In this document: piece after piece, positions 1 through 11,417 of the stretch | How the letters are laid out: every line of letters starts with the position of its first letter | How positions within the stretch are numbered: the first letter of the stretch is position 1 | Assembly: GCA_013239625.1 (NCBI GenBank) | Contig: MU053994.1 | Location: 809,775 to 873,774, forward strand | Direction: 5' to 3' | Length of the DNA: 64,000 nucleotides | Source of the DNA: Lama guanicoe | Lineage: Eukaryota | Position numbers and translations under genes: made by a program | The notes under the pieces: model-generated | The model's input: the letters and a program-made list of their open reading frames with translations, nothing else | Database searches by the model: none | Told to the model about the DNA's origin: nothing

Positions 1-349
1 ACCAGAATGACTTCTAGTCAAAGTAAGACTATGACTTGGAGCAGACCTGCCAGGAGGTCTTAAACTTTGTTTGAAACCTTTCTCCACAGTCCCCAAACCC
101 TCAATGGCATTCACCCCTGTGCTAGGCACATAGTAGGTACACGATGAATACTTCCTTGATGACTGTGTAGTAGTCATATTTGTTTGGGTGATTTTCCCTG
201 CTTAGAAACAGATTAAGTACTCAAGAGTGATGAGTGATTATAATCATCACTAAATTCCATTAGCTCACTTTACACAGAATAGAAAATTCCATTAACAAAA
301 TTAGGAGATGTTCGCAAATGAAAAGAATGGGTCCTCTCTCTAGAGTCAA

Positions 350-1760
350 AATCCTTCCGACATTTGTTCAACAAGTATTTGCTGACTACTTCCTATGTAC
401 CAGTATTTATTCTAGGTCCCTGAGAATGATGTATCAGCGATCAAAACAGAGAAAAATCCCTGCCTTCATGGAGCTGACATTCTAGCTGGCACAGACAATA
501 AACAATAGACATAATAAATAAGTGGATGATATAGTATGTTGGAAGGTGATAAGTGCTCTCAGCAAGGAGAAGACTGCCTGGAACTGAGGGAAAAACATGT
601 ACTCTGTTATTTGAATTTCACCTTTTACTCTGCATAAAATGGAGGCGTCTTTGGAGAGTTTTGAACACTAGAGGGAGATGATCTAACTTGCATGTATTTA
701 TTAATTAATTAATTTATCTATCTATCTATTTATTTATTTATTTATCTATCTATTTATTTATTTATTATTTCAATTGCTATTTTATTTTTAAATTATTTTT
801 GTAACTAACTAATTTATTATTGCAATTGCTATTTTATTTTTAAATTATTTTTGTAACTCGCATTGTAAATGGGTCTCTCTGCTCTGTTGAGACTAATGCG
901 GGGGCTGGGGGCAGAGACAAGGTAGAAGCAGTAAAAGCTGTCAGAAGGTCGCCGCTATACATAAAGCCTGGGGCCAGGGTGGTAGCAGAGGAAGGGGCAA
1001 GAGGGTCAGATGCGGGGTATGAATTGAAGGGAGAGTCAACAAGATCCCTGATGTATCAGGTAAAAGAGAGGCGTCAAGGATGACTTCAAGGTTTCTGTCT
1101 AAGCAACTGTGAGCAGGATGGAGCGGGACAGAGCAGGTTGGGCAGGATGAGTTTTGGAAGGACTGAGTTTGATCTTTCTATTAGATACACAAGTGAAGAT
1201 GTTGAAAAGGCACTTGGATATTAGTTTGGAGTACTGGAGTGAGATTTGGTCTAGAGATACTTGAGAGTCATCAGCATACAGATGGTACTTAAGGCCATGG
1301 GACCAGATACAATTATAAAGGAAATGAGTGCAGATGGAGGGAAGAGGACCAAGGACTAGCCGTGGGGCACATCAACATTAAAAGGTCAAGGAATATAAAA
1401 GGAACCAGCAATAGAGATTGAAAAGGAGCAACTACCAAGGTAGATGTAAGAGCAAGGAGTAGTGATGTCCAGGATGGTGTGTGAAGAGAGCTTATCGGGA
1501 GAAGTGGTGAACAACTTTGTTAAATGCTGCAAAGTCAAGAAAAATAAGAACTGAAATGGCCACTGGATGTAGCAATGTGAAGGTCATTGGTAAACTTGGT
1601 GAGTGGAGTTTTGGTGCAGTGTTGGGGGGGCCAAAGCCTTATAGAAATAGATTTAAGGGAAATGAGACAAGAACTGGAGAGAGAAACTAAAAACAAGAGT
1701 TTTGCTGCAAGGAAAGCAAAGACTTAAATGGATACCTGGCAGGGGAAATAGGCATAAGAG
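350..1760 (-). mobile_element. L2 LINE fragment, interrupted by an AT-rich repeat at about 695-858
   Basis: L2 3'-end motif (ttcaacaagtatttgctgactacttcctatgtaccag...) and purine-rich body. Confidence 0.75.
695..858. repeat. (TATT/TATC)n microsatellite plus 46-bp tandem duplication
   Basis: Copies at 761-806 and 813-858 differ by one base. Confidence 0.9.
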
Positions 1761-1779
1761 AAAGTTTGCATTTGTTGTT

Positions 1780-1945
1780 TTATTTATTTTTTATTTTTAA
1801 CACCTTTATTGTGGTATGATTCCTGTACAGTTAACTACACATATTTCAGATGTACACTTTGATGAATTTTGATAGATGTATACACCACAATGATGATAGA
1901 TGAAACCACCACCACAATCAAGATAGCTAACATTTCCATGTTTTA
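1780..1945 (-). mobile_element. Old L1 (L1M-type) 3' end
   Basis: T-rich start followed by tttattgtggtatgat...gatgaattttgatagatgtatacacc. Confidence 0.65.
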
Positions 1946-2832
1946 TTAATGAATGAAAAAATGAGAAGAGCCTATTCAAGATGCAGATAATGAAAGGCAG
2001 AAAGGGAAGAATTGTTAGAGTAACATCCATGAGTAGGAATGGGGGCATGGCTTCCAGTGCACACATGGGGCATGGCAAGTCCATCTATGCTTAACAGGAA
2101 GGGAAGTAGAATGCTGGCAGGTGAGAAAATGGGGTGATGGAATCTGGAAGGTCTCTGTTACCATTTTTTTCATTGAGGTAGGAAGTAAGGTTATCAACTG
2201 AGTGCTGGCTCTACTTTCAACATATATCAAGAATTCAATCATTTTCTCATTGCTTCAGCTGCTACCATGCTGGTCCAAGCTCTCAACTCTCAGCCAGATT
2301 TTTGCAATGGTCTTCGGACTGGTCTCCCTGCTTCTGCCTTCCCCCACTATGGATGTTCTATTAAAACATAAGTCTAATCGTGTCATCCTCTGCTCCAATC
2401 CTACCATGGCTTCCCATCTTACTCCAACAAAAGTTAAAGTTGTTGCTTCCTCCCCACCGTCCTTCTGCAGCCTCACCGCCTAGTACTCTCCTCCTCACAC
2501 ACTCTACCTTCCAAGCCAAATTTCTTGTGCCTTGAACCCACCAGTCCTGACCCTTCCTCAGGACCTCAGGATATGGTCTTTCCACTGTCTGATATGTTTC
2601 ACTGTGGCTTCCTTGATCATGGTAAAATGACAGCTCCAATTCCATACAGTCCCTATCTCCCATCCCTGCTCTATTTTTCATATAGTATTTGTCAATATGT
2701 AACATATAACATATTCAATGTACACATACTTGAGAATGAATGAGTACATTTCAGAACCATGCTGTGAGGCTGAGACCTGTTGCGGTCACTAAACAGACAC
2801 AAGATGTGCCTCCCACGCAAATTTAGTTTGAT

Positions 2833-3198
2833 TGTTGACAGTGAGGACACCACACATGCACCAAGAGGGTATGAAAAGGTTTATTACTCACATAATGTGG
2901 CTTTCTGGGGAGGGTGGGCTGGCTCCAAAGTTGGTCCAAAAGTGGCATTAGAGAGCAAGGAAATGGTATTAGCTTGGGCTTTTATTGTGCTTGGGGCTGG
3001 GGGTGGGCTGGGGTGAGGATTCCCATGTACAGGCAAGGACTTGTGTAGTTTGAACCTCCTGCTAGTGCCAAAGGAGGAAGCATCTGCACCTTCTTATCAG
3101 CTTGCCCAGATATAGGGCAGAAGGAGAAGGGAGAGTGACGATGGGCTTGGAAGCTGGTAGCAATCAAACATCATAAATTGAGTCAGATACTTTATTAC
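2833..3198 (-). mobile_element. Solo LTR-like element, family uncertain
   Basis: TG...CA-like ends and tttatt (reverse poly(A) signal) near the left end. Confidence 0.45.
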
Positions 3199-3478
3199 AG
3201 GATCCATAGCAAGTAGGACTTTTGGTGTGTTTCATGTTCTCTGACTCTACCTGTCATGTAGCACCTTAGATCTGCAAGGGATCTTAGGGCTCTAGGCAAA
3301 CTGACTGATTTTCCAGATGAAGACTGAGTCCAGTTCCACTATGTCATCCTGTCTCTGTAGATCCCAATGGAAGTTGGCTCAGGGGCCGGCTCCCCTTTGG
3401 TAAAGCTCTAGGTTCTTAAAAACAATCTTGAACAAGTTTTTAGACTCTTTGACTCTCAAAACTCCTGTCTATAAAATT

Positions 3479-3766
3479 TTTTTTAATTTTTAATTAAAAA
3501 ATTTTTATTGAAGTATAGTCAGTTTACAGTGTTGTGTTAATTTCTGGTGTACAGCATAGTGATTCAGTTATATATATGTTTAGAGATATATTCTTTTTCA
3601 TTATAGGCTATTACAAGGTATTGAATATAGTTCCCTGTGCTACACAGTAGGACCCTGTTTATCTATTCTGTATATAGTAGTTCTGTATATAGTCTGCTAA
3701 TCCCAAACTCCCAATTATCCCCCTACCCGCCCCCTTCCCCTCTGGTAACCATAATTTTGTTTTCTC
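3479..3766 (-). mobile_element. 5'-truncated L1 3' end
   Basis: Reverse complement resembles 60950-61218 in this window; ataaaatt repeated on both flanks. Confidence 0.9.
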
Positions 3767-4667
3767 ATAAAATTATTATAATACTATCTAATATGCTCTT
3801 TGTCTGAGTGAAGGATTTAACAGAAGAAACTTTATGAAGTGCCACCACCTGCTAGGGCTCTGTGACTATAGTCATTCTAGAGTCGGAACATAGTGGCCTC
3901 TAGCTAAAAACCATTTGGTCTGGGCATATTTAAGGGAATACTTTTAAGTGTTAAATAGGTAGAATACAATTATTTTTTAATGTAGTAACAGAAATGAGAA
4001 CAATTGCTTCCTTGTGGATATTTTTGTTTTACTTTTGCTTAAGAAAGTTTTCAAATGAACAGAAAATAGGGAGATGAGCATAATGAACACACACCAGTAC
4101 CCCTTACATCAATCTAACAACTGTTAATATGTCACCTTTTTTGACTTGTCTATTCATTTTTGTCAGTGAAATATTTTAAAGTAAATGAAGGCTATAATGA
4201 CATTTTATCCCCAATACATCAGTGTGCATATTTCAAATAAATAAGAATATTTTCCTGTATAGCTACAATATCATTTTCACACTTAACAAAAATGATTTGT
4301 TGATCTCATTTAATACCTGTCTGTATTCAAATTGCATTATTCAAATTGTGTTAAGCCTTCAGTGGGTTATTTCATGAAACTTTGGGCCAAATTCTCCTTC
4401 ATGGGTCTAAGATTCCTCATCCCCCAATTCACCATGCGATTAATAATTTCCTCCTTTCTCATGGGAAACAGGTGCGATTAGAAAAGTGTGACTGTTGCAT
4501 ATTTCCCAAAAGATCAGTTAGGTATATTACAACAAGGAGGAAAAAAGTAATGTTTGCAAGATTCCTCAGACAAGTCTCTATCTTATAATTATACTTATTT
4601 GCTTTTTACATGTGTATCTAAGAAAGCCTGCCTATTGAATCTGTCTCAAATAAGATAGTAAAGTTCT

Positions 4668-4797
4668 TTTGGGGGGGCAGGGGGAGGTAATTAGGTTTGT
4701 TTGTTTGTTTATTTTTTGATGGAGGTACTGGGGATTGAACCTAGGACCTCATGTGTGCTAAGCACGCACTCTACCACTGAGCTATACCCTCCCCCCA
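4668..4797 (-). mobile_element. tRNA-derived SINE (Vic-1-like)
   Basis: A/B boxes on the minus strand (tagctcagtggt; ggttcaatccc); TSD atagtaaagttct at 4655-4667 and 4803-4815. Confidence 0.9.
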
Positions 4798-5094
4798 ACA
4801 AAATAGTAAAGTTCTAATTGGATGTCACCATTTCACATAATTTTGCCCAGGGTACGTGATAAAAGGGCCCTGCTTGTGCCCACAGAGTTTGGGGTAGACC
4901 CCTCTCTGCGTCATCCTCCTCAGACCAAAGGAATGTCTGCAGTAATCTCACATTCCATGGAGGATTGAAGAGTGGTGAGGGTAATGTGTGAGTGATCTTA
5001 GCCTTGTCTTGGATGAAGGATAAATAGAACAGTTGAATGGCCCTTTGATCATGCTGACTTTTAGTGACCTGAAACTGCCATCTCAATGCTCACT

Positions 5095-5535
5095 TTATTT
5101 TTAATTTTTTAAAAATCAAGGTATAATTTATACATAGGAAAATGCACAGCTCTTAACTTTACAGTTCTAAAGTGTTGAAGAAAACATATTCCCATGTATA
5201 TGGGTATGTAACCTACAAACTCTATGAAGGTATAAAACATTCCTCTTACCCCAGAAAGTTCATCAGTGCTCCTTCCCAGCCAGTCACCCTCCCCAGAAGC
5301 AACTACAGTTTTAATTTCTGCCACTCTATGTTAGTTTGGCCCATTCTAGAGTTTCACGTAAACGGAATTATACATTATCTACTCTTTTGTGTCTAGCTTC
5401 TTTTATTCAATTTAATGTTTGTGAGATTCATCCATGTTGCGTATATTAGTAGTTCATTTTTATTACTGAGTAGTATTCCATTGTAATCCATGATATGCAA
5501 TACTACAGTTTATTTTCCCATTTTCCTGGTTGACA
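5095..5535 (-). mobile_element. L1MB-like 3' end
   Basis: ttgtgagattcatccatgttgc...gagtagtattccattgt motif. Confidence 0.8.
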
Positions 5536-5847
5536 TCATTATGTATTTTAAAGAATAAAAAGGAGGAATAGCCTTAAAAGAGAACAATGCCCCATATCGC
5601 CTGGTTCTGAACAAGAGGGTGGAGAGGTGGGCACACATCTGAAGGAGAGTTAAGTGCTGGTACAGAAAATTTCACCTGCTTCTCCTGGTTCCTCAGTTTG
5701 CTCTCCCTGAGAATTTCCTATCAGAGAGGCTGGTGAGAGTGAAAGATTTTCACTTTTCAGTTGAGATAGTGCCAATTCCTCATCATTTTGTTTGCTAAGT
5801 TAATTCTTTTTTTCAAAATGCCTTTTTTTCTCTCTCTTTTACTGTAG

Positions 5848-5935
5848 GTTTTGCACTTCTGGGAGGACACCCCTGTTTTCTGACCACACAAGACATTCAT
5901 TTGGGTGTGAATGAAAGTCTCACGGACACAGCCCG
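5848..5935 (+). CDS. OTC: OTC exon 4 (88 bp): (G)[28 protein letters not shown](R)
   Basis: Polypyrimidine tract + tag acceptor at 5845-5847; translation matches mammalian OTC; donor CG|gtttgt; size equals human exon 4. Confidence 0.98.
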
Positions 5936-6439
5936 GTTTGTAAATCTTCTCTTTGAAGCTTATTTCAGAATTGATGGACAAATTTCAAAAAGAAAATATG
6001 CTTCTCTTTAAATAATGGTTTTCCCTCTCAGCATCCTTTGGACTGTTCTCTGTTTTCCTTCTTTCCCTCTTTCCCTGATGTTCTGAATGTCCCTCATCCT
6101 CTGACCACTTTCCCTGATGTCCTTCATCCTCTGGCCACTTTCCACGGGTTAAGATAAATTTTTTTCTTAGCAATTTGAAGAGGTTTCTGATTATAAAATT
6201 CCAACCTTCGGGAAATTTAGTCATCAACCCTGACTATTATGTTCTACCCTTGAAGAAATGGAGGTCCAGGGAAATTGACATTGTTCCATGACCCATAAGC
6301 AGTTAGCATCAGAGCAGGTAGTGATATTAATAGCTAACAGTTATTGAGTGTTTATTATGTGTCAGGCATTGTTCTAACTCATTTAATCCTTATAACAACC
6401 CAAACAGATTGGCATAAAGAAGTGAGACAACTTAATTAG

Positions 6440-6790
6440 GGACACACTAGCTACTATAACACAAAAATCTCAAAATGTCAATGGCTTAACATAGTGCAAA
6501 TGTTCCTGATTGAGAAGATGGGAGGGCTGATTATTTATGTGGCCATGCAGGGACTCTAGATGAGAGTGGCTCTACCATCCTCAACATGTGGCCTCCAAGG
6601 TTATCCTGGGTGTCAACATCCAGCCAGGAGCTAGGGGAAGAGAGCATGGAGACAGGATACTTGCTTCAAAGCCACCTTAGCAAGAAAGCAGCAGTCACTT
6701 TCACTCACATTCTATTGGCAAGTACGAGTAGCTCACCCCTCACCCCCACCTAGATGAAAGTGGAGGTGGGAAAAGGCTGTTAACCACTAT
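6440..6790 (-). mobile_element. Old MaLR LTR (MLT1-like)
   Basis: ctagctactataac...aatggcttaac and cacattctattggc motifs. Confidence 0.55.
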
Positions 6791-8027
6791 ACTACAGAGG
6801 CTGAAACAAAGGCTCCCTGACTCCCCATGCAGTGCTCTCACCATTATATCATGTCTGATTGAGAAATCCAGAGCAAATGTCTTTGTTTACATATTTTGCC
6901 CTTGATATCAAAGACTAATGATTATTTTCTGAAAATGGTGTGCCATAAAGTAACTCCTTGCAGGCACTGTTTGCTTTTCATGGCGGCTACCCTAGTATAT
7001 ACTAAACGGTCCACCTCACTTGAATTGCTGAAGATATTTGAAACAACTCATCTTTAAACCTTTTAGTTATGTTATTTCAGATGGGACAATGTTAGGATTA
7101 AGAAGTGTTGTTTTCATCTTCTGGATGCAAGGGACAAAAAGAATAAATAAACATAAATGAGTTTTTCTTCCAAATATGCTGCCACTGACTGGAATTATAT
7201 TTGTCTAATAATTCCATTTCCACAAAAGTGAAATATATTTTATTCAAGAGCAAATATTACAAGTTGGTTAAGGGACAAAGCCAGGGACACAACCAGAAAA
7301 GAAATTTCCATGGGGATCCTCTATATAGGATCAAGTGAATGATGATGAATGAGTTACGTGTGAACTAATGGTTGGAAGAGGAATAGCTGAGCATCCAATA
7401 AAGAGCTAAGGAGTGCAGGTTGGCAGCCAGAAAGAGGTCAGAGCCCAGAAATCAATGGAGTGGGCAGGACCCAAAAAGCAAGAGACAAATAGCTAAGCAT
7501 GGGTTGAAAGCTGAGGATGAGTAGAAACATGTTCTTTTCTGTGCTTGCTCTCCACACAACAATTCCCACTGCAAGTACTTAGTTAGAGGAGCTCTACACA
7601 GATCCTGGGAAAAAACAATCTGCTCACAAGTTCCAGCATGATTGGGACCTTTTAGTGCATATAATTAGTTCCACTGCTATACAGATATATGGATACGTAA
7701 AACTGGATTCACAGGATTTCTTCTGATCATTCCGTCTTATCGAAAAGACTCAAAGGAAAATAATAGCTCCTCCTTAAAGGGTGTATACTATGGACCTCTT
7801 ATACTATTATCTCTAAATCTTTGTAAAATTCTTACAAGGTAAGTATTATTGGCCCAATTTTATAAATGACGAATCCATGACTCAGAGAAGTAATAGAGCT
7901 TAGTAGCTAAGTCAGCATTTAAATCATGCCTTTTTTTTAAGGCCATACTGTTTTGACTTACCCCTACTGTCTCTTCTATAAGCCTATGAGAGAAGTAGTG
8001 AAATAAGTTATGGGAAGCACTGGCTTG

Positions 8028-8587
8028 TGTGTCACAAGGTCCCTACGACCACCCCCATGTTTGATGGTTCACCATGAGGGTTCACAGGACTCAGCATTTA
8101 GTCATACTCATGGCTATGATTTATTACAGTGAAAGTACACTAAGCACAATCAACAAAGGGAAAAGGCACATGAGGAGAAATCTGAAGGAAACTAGGTGCA
8201 AGTTTCCAAGAGTCCTCTCCCAGTAGAGTCCTCAGAATGCACTTAATTCCCTTAGTAATGAGTTGTGACAAAATGTGTAAAATGTTGTCCACCAGGGACG
8301 TTCCTTAAAGATTCAGTGCCCAGGCTTTCCATTGGGGGATGATCACACAGCATCCTCTGTTTGATATGTACCCAAATTCCAGACTCCTGGAAGGAAAGTG
8401 GGTGTTAATTTTAGATCATATTGTTTGTAAAAACATTTTAGGCATACTGAGCTACTCTTATCAGTCCTGGGAGTGGTGGAAACCCTTCCCAAGTTGAAGT
8501 TCCTAGATTCCACCCAAGGGCCAACCTTACAAGCAGTCCTTTCAAAGGACAGCAGTCAGGACTGCTATGTTAACTCTTTTCTGCATG
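8028..8587 (-). mobile_element. MER21-like solo LTR
   Basis: Ends ctatgttaactcttttctgca; perfect 5-bp TSD gcttg at 8023-8027 and 8588-8592. Confidence 0.85.
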
Positions 8588-8864
8588 GCTTGGAAATCAC
8601 AAGACTTGAGATCTAATCCAACCTTTGCCACTTTACCTACTCTGTGACCTCCATAGGTGAAAATTTCTCTGGATCCTAGTTTCCTCTTCTATTAATTGGG
8701 GGAGGTCTCATCCCTAAGGTCCATTTTACATTCTTAAATGTATGCAGATGTATTAGATATAAAGTCAGAGGCCTTACAGAGGTGTGCCCCGATGTAAACT
8801 ATGTGTAAACTGATGCAGAGAAATTTGGATCTGCAAAGATAGGAGGTAAGAGAGAGAATTCCAA

Positions 8865-9046
8865 GGGTTCTAAAACTGATTTAAGAATTATGTCGGGGAA
8901 CTTGTTAAAATGCAAAAGTCTAAGTCCCACACTCAGAAATTCTAATTCTGCCGGTTGGGGTTCAGTTGGTGTCTGGGAATCTGTATTTTAGCAAGCTATT
9001 CAAATTCTGCTGCAATGGTGGCTGGACGGCGTTTTGAGAGCCCCTG
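8865..9046. mobile_element. MER5-like hAT MITE
   Basis: aacttgttaaaatgca...gggaatctgtattttagcaag...ttttgagagcccctg. Confidence 0.7.
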
Positions 9047-9049
9047 AAT

Positions 9050-9550
9050 TGGGAGGTTGTGTAGTAATCCTGGGCTGTTGTGCTGTAAGTCTATGCTTGT
9101 AAAGAGGAGACAGCTAATAATATGGTTTCATGTTAACTGAATGTGAAGGGTATCCTAATAGTGGAGGCAAAATAATTTCAGATTTGTTATTCTTACAATA
9201 TATACGTATATATTAGCAGAAGCAGGAAAATGAAAGGAGTTTCTGCTTTGGGGAGAAGGTGATAGATTAGGCATTGGACATATTGCATTAAAGGTTAAAC
9301 CTCCAAGTACAAATGTCCCTGAGCCACTGGAGATAAAGGCCTTAGGTAAAGTTGAGAGCTGCAGAAATCGAAGTATAAACTCGGGTAGAAAAGGAGCTTC
9401 CGAGTATCATTGCGAGAGAATTGCAGAAGGCTGAACCTGGCTCTGGACCTGCAGTTAGGGAGGGACAGGAGGAAATCATTAGGGTCCAGCGAAAATAAGC
9501 GTAGTGCAATATCAGAAGAGGCTGGAATGGGAGATGAGGATGAGAGAAAA
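9050..9550 (-). mobile_element. Degenerate L2 fragment
   Basis: Purine-rich sequence resembling the L2 body at 900-1500. Confidence 0.5.
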
Positions 9551-9554
9551 GGGG

Positions 9555-10578
9555 TAGAGTAGCTACCGTGGAAATCTGACTTTCTTTTGTGCACCCCATT
9601 ACTGCTTAATCTGCCAAAATATCTGACAAACAAGATATGGCTGAGATTCAGACATTCAATAAATCTAAACTGAAGAAGACAAGAGAAATCCACTTGCCTT
9701 TCTTAGAAGTAATTGAACAGGAAAAGCAAGGAAATGAATCTTAATGACATCTACCCTGCTGATACACGTGGTACAATCCATAGCAATTGCGTCCTTGCCT
9801 TTTGTAGAAGTTAAACTTTGTAAGATGCAGAGAGATTGGATGATGTTTAAATGACAGCGCTGGCCCTTTCGAGTCAAGAGAACAGTGCACACCTGACACT
9901 GATTGACGGTGTTGCTTCTCTATCTGCCTCTCTGGCTGCCTTGGGGGCCTGGTGGAACAAAAAAAGTGTCTTCCCATCGGTGAAAAAAAGAACCTGATGG
10001 GGAATACACTGAACGTGGCAACAGAAAAAAGAAAAAAGCAAACTGGGCCCGTCTCCTGAAAACTGTTAAATGCAATTTCCAAAATGTCACTTATTTAGTC
10101 AACTGATTTAACTATTCATTGATTCAAAAATATCTGTTGAATGCCTAGTTTTTCTTCCAGGCATTGTTTTAGCACTGAGAATAGAGTGCTGATCAAATCA
10201 AACAAAATACTTTTTCAAGTGGAAATTACATTCTTGAGGGAGGACGCTTTCACTAAGCAACAACAACAACGAAATAAAGCGTGAATAGAATAGAAGGTGG
10301 AAGTAAGTGCTATGGTGAAGCCAAAGCAAGGCGATCTGTGGGTGGACTGGGGGTCACTTAGGTTGGGTGGTCAGGGAAGACTTCTCTGAGGAGGTGGCAG
10401 TTAATTTGAGAGTTCATTGAAAAGACAGAGCCAGCTATGGGAAAAGCATCTCAGAAAGAACTGCTGGTATGAAAACTTCAGGCAAGAACAAGCTTGATGC
10501 ACTCAGGAACAGAAGGACAGCCAGAAATGTTTTTACATCTGCAAATAAACATACTTAAACTTTGCAAATTAAAAAAAA
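9555..10578 (+). pseudogene. Processed thymosin beta-4 (TMSB4X-like) retrocopy in OTC intron 4
   Basis: 9619-9744 reads I(ATA, ex-ATG)[40 protein letters not shown]; intronless; 3' UTR block aactttgtaagatgcagagagattgga...tttaaatgac matches recalled TMSB4X 3' UTR; AATAAA at 10544-10549 and A8 at 10571-10578. Confidence 0.92.
10113..10523 (-). mobile_element. L2 3' end inserted in the thymosin retrocopy 3' UTR
   Basis: attcattgattcaaaaatatctgttgaatgcct...ccaggcattgtttt and gggtggtcagggaagacttctctgaggaggtg are L2 3' motifs. Confidence 0.85.
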
Positions 10579-10865
10579 TGTACCCTTGCAACTTGGTCCT
10601 GTCTCAGACACCAAAGGAAGGAAAAATCAGATCAAGGAGTAAAAACAAAAAAAACAAAAAAAACACCTAAATAAATATTCAAAATAAAATGTATTGCTCT
10701 TTTCTTACTTGACTGCAATAATAAAACCTGTTCAGTTTTCATAATATAGTGGGTGAATTCTCCTTAGCTAAGTTTCAGCTGAGCATTGTGTAATCTGAGG
10801 GTGCTTGTGGGGAGTGAAGAGGAGCACTGAGATGGAGCTGTCAACTGATATAGTGGAGGAGCTGG

Positions 10866-11417
10866 TATGTCAGGGTCCCCAAGACCACCCTCAGGTTCAA
10901 TGATCCATTAGGAGGATCCACAGGACTCAGCACATGGTCATACTCATGGCTAAGATTCATTATGAAAAAAGGACACAAAGCACAATCAGCACAGGGAAAA
11001 GGTGCATGGGGCCAGGTCCAGGGGAGGCCAGGCGCAAGCTTGCAAGGGTCTCCTCCCTGTGGAGTCACACAAGTCATGCTTAATTCCCCCAGCAATCATT
11101 TGTGACAACATGTGTGAAATGTTGTCTTCCAAGGAAGACCATTAGAAGCTCATTGCATGAGACTTTTATTAGGCGCTGGTCACATAGGCACCCTCTGCCT
11201 AGCCTGAACCCAAATTCTAGACTCCCAGAAGGAAAGCAGGTGTTCAGCATAATCCATACTGTTTCTACAAACAGTTTAGGTAGTGAGCCATCCGTATTAT
11301 TCCTAGGTATGGTGGAAATCTTCCCAAAGTCCAAGTTCCCAGATGCCAGCCAAGGGCCAAACTGGTAAGCTAGCCTTCTGAAGATAGCCATGTGCTATGT
11401 TAACTCTTTTTTGCACA
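10866..11417 (-). mobile_element. MER21-like solo LTR (second copy)
   Basis: Colinear with 8028-8587; TSD gctgg/actgg. Confidence 0.85.

Noticed and set aside
2993..3013. G-quadruplex motif
   Set aside because: The motif is present, but such motifs are common and it lies within an LTR-like repeat; nothing suggests function.
9295..10082. Several minus-strand ORFs of 75-132 aa
   Set aside because: They are antisense shadows of the L2 and thymosin retrocopy, with no recognisable protein features.
8028..11417. A provirus-like cassette that captured thymosin beta-4 between two MER21 LTRs
   Set aside because: Each LTR has its own 5-bp TSD (gcttg/gcttg; gctgg/actgg), they are clearly diverged, and the interval holds older L2 and MER5 sequence. 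They are independent solo LTRs.
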